From the NCBI GenBank assembly GCA_002633005.1, contig NMRA01000696.1, forward strand, positions 1 through 59,397: 59,397 nucleotides of DNA, written 5' to 3'. Positions within the stretch are counted from its first letter, which is position 1. Each line of letters opens with the position of its first letter. A model generated the notes under the pieces. It did no database searches, had not been told where the DNA came from, and saw nothing but the letters and a program-made list of their open reading frames with translations. Positions 1-10,645 of the stretch are shown piece by piece. Source of the stretch: Phoronis australis (lineage: Eukaryota; Animalia; Phoronida). A program made the translations under genes and the position numbers.

Positions 1-496
1 ACAGGGTTTAGTTTTCTTTTAAGTAATTCATGTATGGACTTAGGTCAATTCTTTCGATCGCTGGTCAGTCAGGTACTAGTTTTTAGCCAAAATATCGTAA
101 AGAGGATTAAAAAGACTTCTAAGAAATGCTTGGAATAGACGAAGGAACAATTAATTACATTTTTACGTTATAATAATAATAGTTAAACATTACAGTGATT
201 AATTATGACTTACGATTGTCTAAATAAATATTTCTCGAAGTATGACAATAATGAATTTATCTCGTTCTTGAGCTCTTACATAGCTGGGTTACCTTCGTGT
301 TCTGCACCCGTAGTGGCCAGTTGAAGACAGGGGGCGCACGGGTAAGTTCATTGGCGGAGCGGAGACGGGACTGAGATTTGAGGTTTGCGGATTTTTGTTA
401 CTCCGGGCATGATTAGGAAGTTTCCGCGGGTTTTGGTCGCGAAACGAAATGTGTCGATTTCACCGTCAAAAACCGACACATTTTAAAATGCGCGTG

Positions 497-879
497 CCAC
501 TGTTGGTTATTTACGCCGTTAATTACGCCGTAAAATTACGAGCGTAATTTAATTCTTTACGGCGTAAAATTACGCTCGTAATTTAGTTTAAACTATTAAC
601 CAATGACGTTGGGTTTTACAATTCAAGATCGCGCGCGCTCATGAAAATACTTATATACCGGCTGGCGGGTTTCATGTCTACGATACGAGCGCTGAATCAT
701 GGCGGATCAAATCGTTGCTGCCATGTCAGCGATTGTGCAAGAACGAGCTGCCCAGCAACAGTTGTGTATGTTAGGTCATCACTGATTGGTTTAAATTTGG
801 AACGTTCGTAAGGTATTTTACGAGCGTAATTTACGGCGACATTTACCCCATTTAATTTACGGGCGTAATTTTACCGCAA
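497..879. mobile_element. MITE-like element with many aattacg/cgtaatt subterminal repeats; right end in N gap
   Basis: Clustered direct and inverted ttacgccgtaa/ttacgagcgtaa motifs at 510-582 and 817-872; termini cannot be verified. Confidence 0.4.
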
Positions 880-1428
880 NNNNNNNNNNNNNNNNNNNNN
901 NNNNNNNNNNNNNNNNNNNNNNNNNNNNNNNNNNNNNNNNNNNNNNNNNNNNNNNNNNNNNNNNNNNNNNNNNNNNNNNNNNNNNNNNNNNNNNNNNNNN
1001 NNNNNNNNNNNNNNNNNNNNNNNNNNNNNNNNNNNNNNNNNNNNNNNNNNNNNNNNNNNNNNNNNNNNNNNNNNNNNNNNNNNNNNNNNNNNNNNNNNNN
1101 NNNNNNNNNNNNNNNNNNNNNNNNNNNNNNNNNNNNNNGGCCTGGTTAAAAAAATGAAAATGTTGATTTCACGATTTTGGGAACTGAAATAGGGACTGCT
1201 CGAAGAAAAGGTTTCATAACGAGAGTATTTGTTCGAGTTGGAAGAACTTAAACACATCGACAACCTCCTAAGGTGTTCGTCTATGCGCAAAAGGTAGTTA
1301 TAACAACGTGGCTTTGATGGTTTAGTCGGTGCGAGGCATAATTCGCCGAAAAGCTTCCGGCGTACAGAGCGCCAATAGCCTCTACATCGCCTCTGGTTCG
1401 GGCCAACAGAGGCGATGGTCATTGCCTA

Positions 1429-3594
1429 TGTAGGGATGTGACAAACCGCACGCGCATCACTTACCAATTGTGAGTTCTGCTTTTCATCGAGCCTGCAGAG
1501 GGACCTCTGAAAAAATCTTTTCCTCCCCATAAAATTAACGGAAACAAATCTACTCATGATATGATTACGTAAAACACATATAGCGAGTCCTTTCTGATAA
1601 ATTTCATTGTGTTCGTCACATGGTTTTGTTTTGGTTCGCTGACGAAGTTTGCTGTCCAACTTGACCGATCACATTTTCAAAAGGTGAGTTACTATTGCAT
1701 ACAATAGTTTAACTAGTCTGTTATTATCCTTTGTGTGAAATTTCTAAGAAATCGTATGATGGACTCATTAAATTATCGAAGAGCAAATGAGCAGTCTGCC
1801 GACCGCCTTGTTCAGCCATTTTCACTTGGATGCTGCCTGCGTTCAGCGAGAGGCTTCGTCGTTCAGCCTCCTTATAATTGGTTCAACTGTCATAAATTTG
1901 TTTGCATTGTACTTAAATGTTCAGTGACTCACATTGGCACAGTTTCTATGTAATTTTAAGTTCAGTTGTAGCAGCATTTGCGTTTTTGGACCCCTTTGTG
2001 CTGGCGCATTTTAGGTCAAGTGACCTTATTCCATTGGTCGATGACTCGTGTTTACATTCTGAATCAGCTGATTTTTATATTTATACAAAATTAGTGCACT
2101 TTGAGTTCAGTTTAGTTTAAATAATTTTGACACATTTTTGTTAGCAGATATGAATAACAAATATTTGTCTAGACTCTGTGGCTTTATAGACTGGAGCCTT
2201 TTTAGCCATATAGTTATTAGAGTTGGTTAAGTTCAGGCAATTTAACATTTTGAGAAGAAATGATTCGGAAATGCAACAAGAATATTTTGTCACGACACCA
2301 CAGATTGGTCTGTGGTTTACAGACGCTCTCCCGTGGGGGATAGGCTATCCTAGAAATGTGCCGTCAACTCTTGTAGATATTTTGCCTTTCCAGGTAGGGT
2401 GGGTAATTTGGTTTCGAGTTGATATCTTAGTTAGGTATATTAAGTCATGGTATTGGGATAGAGTTTTTGTCAGTTCGGTAGGATTTTCGTAATTTAGTAT
2501 TTCCATATTGCGATGGTTTGGATTTTGATTTCCCGCAGTTCTTGGTGGCACCCACCTACCTGTTGTTGAACAGATCTCCCCCTAAATACACCAGCTTAAA
2601 ATTGTAACAAAAAGCACATTTCTTTGACCACAGGAAAGTGGAAAACTGCTGTGGTTGTAATTCTTGATTCATTGTTTGTTGCAATGTTTATTTTTCATCT
2701 CAAGAATATTGTAATTGTATACAGGTAGATAAGACACTTAAAGTAANATAATGAAGTGAAACCAGTTAGAATAATATGTGGTGACATGTACGCAAGCTCG
2801 TGAAAGAACAACAGTTGATTGAAGAATCGGCAAAAAAGAAACTGGCCAATAGGTGACGCAATATTTCACGGCGCCGAAAGCTGTTGCTCAAGACTGCTCC
2901 ACAACTTGAACAGCAGAATAACGGTAGATGTCGTTTTTCCAACACCGTTAAATAATTTATGTCAGATTTTATCTTACCACTATTTTACCCACATCGGTAC
3001 AAAGCTGTATATTTAGTATACACCTTTGTACCAAGGCTACGTCCCGAGAAAATGACCGTTGAAATCGACGATTACTCTTGAGTTCCAAATAGTTGTAGAG
3101 ACAACAATAATAGTATACACCGAAAAATTTCACGATTTCTAATAATAGAGCCTCTAATAATAGTATAAACCCAAACAATAGAAAAGTAGAATAATAGTAT
3201 AGACCGGAAATTGGCGGAAAAATTAATAATAGTATAGAATGGAATAATGGTATAGATGGCAAATTTGTGGAAATTTAACATAGTATACACTGGAATAATG
3301 ATGTTGATTACTATCATTTTAAAGAAAATTGTACTGAAATCCCATTGTGAAAACTCGTGGATGCGCCGCTGCCTCGCGATCGTCAACAGGCCAGCTTGAA
3401 TAAAAATATTTATGATCGACATATGTCCCGAATGATATAAATAATAGTTCGTGCATCACAAGTTCGTTACCAGAGATGAAACCAAGACCGGAGTAGGCGA
3501 TATAAGGTCATTTATTATGACTAATACAATTACAAGTAATAGGTAGTGACTAAACATAAGTAAGGTAAAAAATATTAATCTCTGGTAAGATGGG
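1429..3594 (+). repeat. Copy A of a near-identical duplicated block (probable alternative haplotype of 4226-10443)
   Basis: 1429-2196 = 4226-4993, 2197-2746 = 6037-6586, 2748-3059 = 8630-8941, 3060-3594 = 9909-10443, with scattered SNPs; single-N joins at 2747 and 3595. Confidence 0.9.
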
Positions 3595-3962
3595 NTTGTA
3601 GTTTTTGACCCAGGTTTGTTTTTAGTATTTTAATGCAATGTCCATATTTCTCATTTGAAATAAATATTCATGACATTTTGAAGATTTTTCGATGGATTTT
3701 TTTCATTCCACAGTTCAGAAAAATGTTTTTGGTTATATTGTTTGTCAAATTTATTGAAGTACTAAATTCGTAGTTGGGAGCCTAAAGTTTGACCCTACGT
3801 AACTTGAAATCATTGGTTCTTGGAGAAGATAAGTTGCAAGAAGCAATAACAAGTGCTAACAGCAAGTCTATACTTACGGAAGTTGTGCACCAGTTGTAAA
3901 CACCCAATTGACCTAAGGCTAAGGTAAAGTTAGACTCGAAGTTTTTGGTTTACCATTAGACC

Positions 3963-4158
3963 AACATAGACAAGATAGAAAGAATTCAAACGTCCTAAAT
4001 GATCACCCCCAGATACTCCTCTGTCCTCTGTTTCATCTATGTTTACCACTCTAAATTGGCTTACTCTACAAGAAGGACGAGAGCAAAATAAACTGTCCCT
4101 TATGTACAAGACTGTACACAACCTGTTTGCCATCCCTCGCACATACCTTCTACCCTAG
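3963..4158 (+). mobile_element. Degenerate CR1-group LINE ORF2 C-terminal fragment
   Basis: NIDKIERIQ, then after a frameshift SSVSSMFTTLNWLTLQEGREQNKLSLMYKTVHNLFAIPRTYLLP; this resembles the IE.VQRRAARF...SSV..ML..L.W..L..RR...L...YK...NL..IP tail of CR1-type reverse transcriptases. Confidence 0.75.
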
Positions 4159-4993
4159 CCAGCCAGCTAGGTCTGCTATGAAGACTATCGTCAAAATACA
4201 GCTAGGTACCACTATGTATTGACACTGTAGGGATGTGACAAACTGCACGCGCATCACTTACCAATTGTGAGTTCTGCTTTTCATTGAGCCTGCAGAGGGA
4301 CTTCTGAAAAAATCTTTTCCTCCCCATAAAATTAACGGAAACAAATCTACTCATGATATGATGACGTAAAACACATATAGCGAGTCCTTTCTAATAAATT
4401 TCATTGTGTTCGTCACATGGTTTTGTTTTGGTTCTCTGACGAAGTTTGCTGTCCAACTTGACCGATCACATTTTCAAAAGGTGAGTTACTATTGCATACA
4501 ATAGTTTAACTAGTCTATTATTATCCTTTGTGTGAAATTTCTAAGAAATCGTATGATGGACTCGTTAAATTATCGAAGAGCAAATGAGCAGTCTGCCGAC
4601 CGCCTTGTTCAGCCATTTTCACTTGGATGCTGCCTGCGTTCAGCGAGAGGCTTCGTCGTTCAGCCTCCTTATAATTGGTTCAACTGTCATAAATTTGTTT
4701 GTGTTGTACTTAAATGTTCAGTGACTCACATTGGCACAGTTTCTATGTAATTTTATGTTCAGTTGTAGCAGCATTTGCGTTTTTGGACCCCTTTGTGCTG
4801 GCGCATTTTAGGTCAAGTGACCTTATTCCATTGGTCGATGACTCGTGTTTACATTCTGAATCAGCTGATTTTTATATTTATACAAAATTAGTGCACTTTG
4901 AGTTCAGTTTAGTTTAAATAATTTTGACACATTTTTGTTAGCAAATATGAATAACAAATATTTGTCAAGACTCCGTGGCTTTATAGACTGGAG

Positions 4994-6028
4994 CAGGCCT
5001 TCATGCAGCGTACGTCCTGGGCGTCCATTTGGACGCCCTAGCACTAATGTGGACACTCTGGCAAGGACGCCCAATGTATCATTTGGACGCCTTGTCAATC
5101 AGAATTTCTCCAGTTTGGACACCCACACAGTAAGATTACTAAGACTCCCAGTTAATCAAAGAGAGAAGTTGGCTCTTTCAACTCAGAAAGAAATGTACAA
5201 TGTATTTCAAATGTTGCAATGTTCAAACTATTTTCAAAGTATTTGGTAGACCTGTCAATCATTAGCAGTGTTTGGTTGCCAGAGTGTCTGCTTTCAGTAG
5301 ACTCATGTACACTGCAATTCTGTACTTTATATAGGGACAGGGACCTTGCTCAACTCCAAACTGGTGTTTCAGAGCTGTAGTTTCATCTACTTCATCTTTT
5401 TTTGAAAACACCAAAAGCGAAATAAATGTCATTATTTTAATAATATGATGTGCCGCAAGAATATCCCCATTTAAAATGTTTGAGTTTTCGCCTGTTTCAT
5501 GCTTTTCTATGTGCGTCTAAAATGGAGCAGCAGTGACACCTGTTGTCAAAATATAAACCACACATCATCTGTGCATTTTTCTTTTGTTGGTAACTGCAGC
5601 TTTGATGACTCATTGTACAGAATATAAAGCTAGTGAAGTTGATATAATAAACTTTATAACAGAATTTGACTTGAGATGACCAAAAACAGTGCACTCATCG
5701 TTCAACCAATATCTGTAATATCTGTAATACCCGTTTGGTAAGCTATTTGGCTGTTTTCGTAAATTTAAACATAAAAGTCTTGATCAACAGTTTTTTAATA
5801 CTTTAAAAAGCCCAATACAAGGGAGCTGTTTTTGTAAACTTAGGTGTAAAAGCCTTGTTCAACGCATTTTTTAATTGTAAAAAAACCTCACTGTGTGTGT
5901 TTGGGGGGGGGTTACTGGTGAATGGTGGTGGGGAGGGGGGGGTAATGCGTCGTTGGAATCATGGACGCCCTGGAATATTGGGAACCCATTTTGGACACCC
6001 TATGTTCTAAATCCTGGATGAAGCCCTG
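4994..6028. mobile_element. Non-autonomous hAT-type DNA transposon (1035 bp)
   Basis: TIRs CAGGCCTTCATGCAG / CTGGATGAAGCCCTG (13/15); 8-bp TSD GACTGGAG at 4986-4993 and 6029-6036; empty site at 2189-2196; ggacgcc subterminal repeats. Confidence 0.9.
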
Positions 6029-8945
6029 GACTGGAGCCTTTTTAGCCATATAGTTATTAGAGTTGGTTAAGTTCAGGCAATTTAACATTTTGAGAAGAAA
6101 TGATTCGGAAATGCAACAAGAATATTTTGTCACGACACCACAGATTGGTCTGTGGTTTACAGGGGCTCTCCCGTGGGGGATAGGCTATCCTAGAAATGTG
6201 CCGTCAACTCTTGTAGATATTTTGCCTTTCCCGGTAGGGTGGGTAATTTGGTTTCGAGTTGATATCTTAGTTAGGTATATTAAGTCATGGTATTGGGATA
6301 GAGTTTTTGTCAGTTCGGTAGGATTTTCGTAATTTAGTATTTCCATATTGCGATGGTTTGGATTTTGATTTCTCGCAGTTCTTGGTGGCACCCACCTACC
6401 TGTTGTTGAACAGATCTCCCCCTAAATACACCAGCTTAAAATTGTAACAAAAAGCACATTTCTTTGACCACAGGAAAGTGGAAAACTGCTGTGGTTGTAT
6501 TTCTTGATTAATTGTTTGTTGCAATGTTTATTTTTCATCTCAAGAATATTGTAATTGTATACAGGTAGATAAGACACTTAAAGTAACATGCATTAACTTT
6601 AAATTTATTAGCAGCATATTTTCCTTTTACAGATATCACGACTCCGAGAAAAAAAGAAAAATTGCCCTCTTTTCAAAGCCTGATGTGGCAAGATAATTAC
6701 AATGTTTTGTCTGAGAGTGTATTTCGGAATGGGTCATGCAGTTTATGTTTATTACTAGTGTTAACACTGTCTTGTTGATACCATCAAATCACTTCGAGAA
6801 AAACTTGGTGATGATGTGAAAATCACTCATGAACATATTTGGAAGTTGCTTCACAAAACTGTCAGTAAACACAGACCCCTAAACAGAGCCAGTAGTCTCA
6901 CTAACTTCAAAGAGTTTTGCCATGAAGTGTTCACACCGTGTACAAATATTGTGCCCTGCTTTGATATGTGACACGACCATATTCAGAGAATGTATGCGGC
7001 AGCCATCTTGAATCCTTGTCTGATGTTTCGGCCATCTTGGTTTGGTAGAAAATTTCTACAGTGTATTTTTGGTTTGCTTGTGGGAGACTCATAAGTTTTC
7101 CAGTCCATTATCGATTAGAAATATATTGTTTTTCTCATTGATACTATTTTTTTTCTGTCAAGAAATGGTCATTGGCGGCCATTTTTGTTCCGCCATTTTG
7201 TTTGGGTTTTCAACATTTAAAATATATTTACAGAAAGTTGATCCCTGTGTTCTAAGCTTTCTGAAATGAGTTGAATCATTAAAATTGAGCAATGGGTGAC
7301 CATGTTATAGTTATTTTTGTGGCAAATGCGCCAAAAAGGTCACACATATCTGCATCAAGTTATACTACAACAATGACCAATTACATGGGTGTAATTTTGT
7401 TCTTTTAAACTGCAATAACTTTGGAAGCACTTGACATTGAAAGTTAATTAATACACCATTGGAAAGCTTATGATGTGACCTTTATGATGGTGCCAAATTC
7501 TTTGCTGTATGTGGAAAATGAAAATTTTGTCACTTCCCTACCACTTACCTTCACGGAATTGTTCTGTTACTATATCTTGTCACTGAAAGCCACATTTATG
7601 TTCTGACTGATCTTTAAAAAACACAACTATCAAACCTTCGGAGAACCTAAATATCGAACACCATGTTTCCTCATACGCCACACCGCGGAAAACTGACTAA
7701 CCACGTAATGGCCGCGGGCACCTTTTAGCCAAATTTCAGCTCGAGTGTTTTGACATATATGCTGCTAGAACACAGGTCCATTCGCAGCAAAATTATCCAT
7801 AAAATGAAATCTGATGACGGCACTATGTCGTGTCGATGAATTAGTGCAGACGACTAAAGCATGTGCAAACTCACTGCAGTTTTTAGTATCTCTTTGGCTT
7901 CTTGATATGACACCCGCACGTGCGCGGGCGGGGTTTGACTTGAGTTTAAAAACAAATGAAAAATGGAACAGTGACATATTGTCAGTTCAATGAGATGGTT
8001 TCATTGTGGAAAAAGATTTTATTTTCAACTTTTATATCCGATTTATGCGATCGTCCATTTTAGGCCGATTTGGGGGTCGAAATTGAACCCTCTCGCGATG
8101 AAATCAAAATGAGGCAACGCTGTAAAAAAACGAGATGGTGCCGAACATTGAATGCATTACAACGGAACAAAAATTGGTGTCATTTAATTCTTAGATTATG
8201 CTTCAAGTAAGATTTTATGAAATGTCCGATATTTAGGTTCCGTCCAATAATTAGGTACACTATGTGTATGTGTATTTCTTGCGTAGACCCCAAAATTGCA
8301 CATAACCAGGGTAGTTCTGCTCGTCACCGCGCTGTGAAACTTGTATCAACATATAGAGCTAAAGACCGGATGGAGTGCATGCAAAATCTGGGAATCGACC
8401 GACACTCGCATTTCCTGTTACAGCTGTTTAAGTGAAAAACAAAGCAATAAACTTCATTTTCTTGCTTAACTCTCCGCCTTTTCTAGCAATGAAAAGTATG
8501 TCGTCGTTTTGAAAACAGTACGCTCGTGTCACGGGCACGCACCATTTCCTAAATTTTTGTGACAACTTTGCAACTGCAAAATTTGCTCTGAAATAATTTG
8601 GTTTTTCGGTATTGAAATTCTAAAAACTTATAATGAAGTGAAACCAGTTAGAATAATATGTGGTGACATGTACGCAAGCTCGTGAAAGAACAACAGTTGA
8701 TTGAAAAATCGGCAAAAAAGAAACTGGCCAATAGGTGGCGCAATATTTCACGGCGCCGAAAGCTGTTGCTCAAGACTGCTCCACAACTTGAACAGCAGAA
8801 TAACGGTAGATGTCGTTTTTCCAACACCGTTAAATAATTTATGTCAGATTTTATCTTACCACTTTTTTACCCACATCGGTACAAAGCTGTATATTTAGTA
8901 TACACCTTTGTACCAAGGCTACGTCCCGAGAAAATGACCGTTTAA

Positions 8946-9908
8946 AGTGTACGCAACATGACTCTAGTACCTCAAAATAAATTTTATTATTATATCTTAC
9001 TTGATTTCAGTGCCTTTAGTGCACAGCTCATAAAGAAACACGTAAAAATTGAAAAAAATAATAATTATGTACAACGTCATGGGTTGAACCCAAGTCGTTC
9101 GGCACACTGTTCGGATCAGCAACTAAGTGTATAGAGTGAAGTGAAAGTAAAGTATATTTAGCGTCGAGAAGGTTCGTAGAGGGATGAAAAGATGTACTTG
9201 CGGAGGCTGCAGCAACAGCAGTCAGACGGAGAACGTCTCGGTGTTCCGAAGGACGCTAAAGTTGCGCAGTAGTGGCATCGCTTCGTGCGCCGAACGAGAA
9301 TTGGGACCTCAGCGTAGACCAAGCGATTCTGTCCGGAGCCACTCTGTGTTCTGCTCACTTTGAGGAGTCGTGTTTCGACTCCAATCAGAGGAGATGTTAC
9401 GATGAAGGCCTGGTTCAATAAAGGACAATATTTACTATTCAGAAACATCGGCTCTTTATTCAGGATCGTCTTTTGGATGACTGAGTTGACTGGCCGAGCC
9501 CAAGGCCGCTTCTCTCGCGGGAGGATCCAGTTCGTAAGGCCTCAAAGTAGAAAAGTACGCAGCTGAAAACATATCAAACTCGTTCTCGCTTTCGTGCAAC
9601 CCCATTTCGTCATCCTGGCCACCATTCTCGTACGTTTCTTCATAGTACTTGTTCATTTCTTGCTCATAATCGTTGTCGCTTTCAAATTCCCTACTCTCCG
9701 CCGTTGTTCAATGCTAGTCGCTGATCTCTTGTGTTCAACCCATGATGTCACATGGCGGGAAATGTGAAAATTGGCAAAATTGAAATAGAAATCAAAATTT
9801 CGAGCTAATGACACAAAATAATCATGGATTTGGCTAAATTTTACGTCATACATTTAGTCTGTGGCCACCGGTAATTCGAAATGTGCAAAAATCCATGGTG
9901 TGTACTGT
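8946..9908. mobile_element. Internally deleted Kolobok-like DNA transposon (963 bp) with THAP relic
   Basis: Absent from copy A (empty site TGAA at 3060-3063); flanked by TTAA (8942-8945) and TGAA (9909-9912); imperfect 15-bp TIR (11/15); THAP relic on +, short acidic ORF on -. Confidence 0.75.
9184..9421 (+). pseudogene. Degenerate THAP zinc-finger domain (transposase N-terminus)
   Basis: MKRCTCGGCSNSSQTENVSVF / PKDAKVAQ*WHRFVRRTR / NWDLSVDQAILSGATLCSAHFEESCFD: C2CH, FP, W and LCSxHF THAP signature with two frameshifts and a stop. Confidence 0.85.
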
Positions 9909-10635
9909 TGAAATCGACGATTACTCTTGAGTTCCAAATAGTTGTAGAGACAACAATAATAGTATACACCGAAAAATTTCACGATTTCTAATAATAGAGC
10001 CTCTAATAATAGTATAAACCCAAACAATAGAAAAGTAGAATAATAGTATAGATGGGAAATTGGCGGAAAAATTAATAATAGTATAGAATGGAATAATGGT
10101 ATAGATGGCAAATTTGTGGAAATTTAACATAGTATACACTGGAATAATGATGTTGATTACTATCATTTTAAAGAAAATTGTAGTGAAATCCCATTGTGAA
10201 AACTCGTGGATGCGCCGCTGCCTCGCGATCGTCAACAGGCCAGCTTGAATAAAAATATTTATGATCGACATATGTCCCGAATGATATAAATAATAGTTCG
10301 TGCATCACAAGCTCGTTACCAGAGATGAAACAAAGACCGGGGTAGGCAATATCAGGTCATTTATTTTGACTAATACAATTACAAGTAATAGGTAGTGACT
10401 AAACATAAGTAAGGTAAAAAATATTAATCTCTGGTAAGATGGGCAAATGAAAAGCACCACAAGAGATGTTGTTAGACAGCTCATGCCCATCCCAACAAAT
10501 TAACTGAAATCCTTGCATAAGTTTTTCTAATAGCGTCCCTAAGATTTTAAGTTCCTGTGGAGTTGTTATTAAGAACAACATAGGTTCAAATCTGCGCAAG
10601 ATCTTACCCAGCAATCTGGAAGAACACACGTCGTA

Positions 10636-10645
10636 GTCACGTGAC
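10636..10645. promoter_or_regulatory. Perfect CLEAR-type E-box GTCACGTGAC in candidate TEX2 promoter
   Basis: 10-bp palindrome in a locally CpG-rich patch upstream of TEX2; candidate donors GTGAGT at 10672 and AAG|gtaagc at 11555 for a non-coding first exon. Confidence 0.45.

Noticed and set aside
871-1422. 183-aa ORF
   Set aside because: About half is N gap; the rest has no recognisable motif.
1426-10271. Pairs of nearly identical short ORFs (72, 67, 89, 68, 65, 116 aa) suggesting a small gene family
   Set aside because: They recur only because the block is duplicated; many use non-ATG starts and none resembles a known protein.
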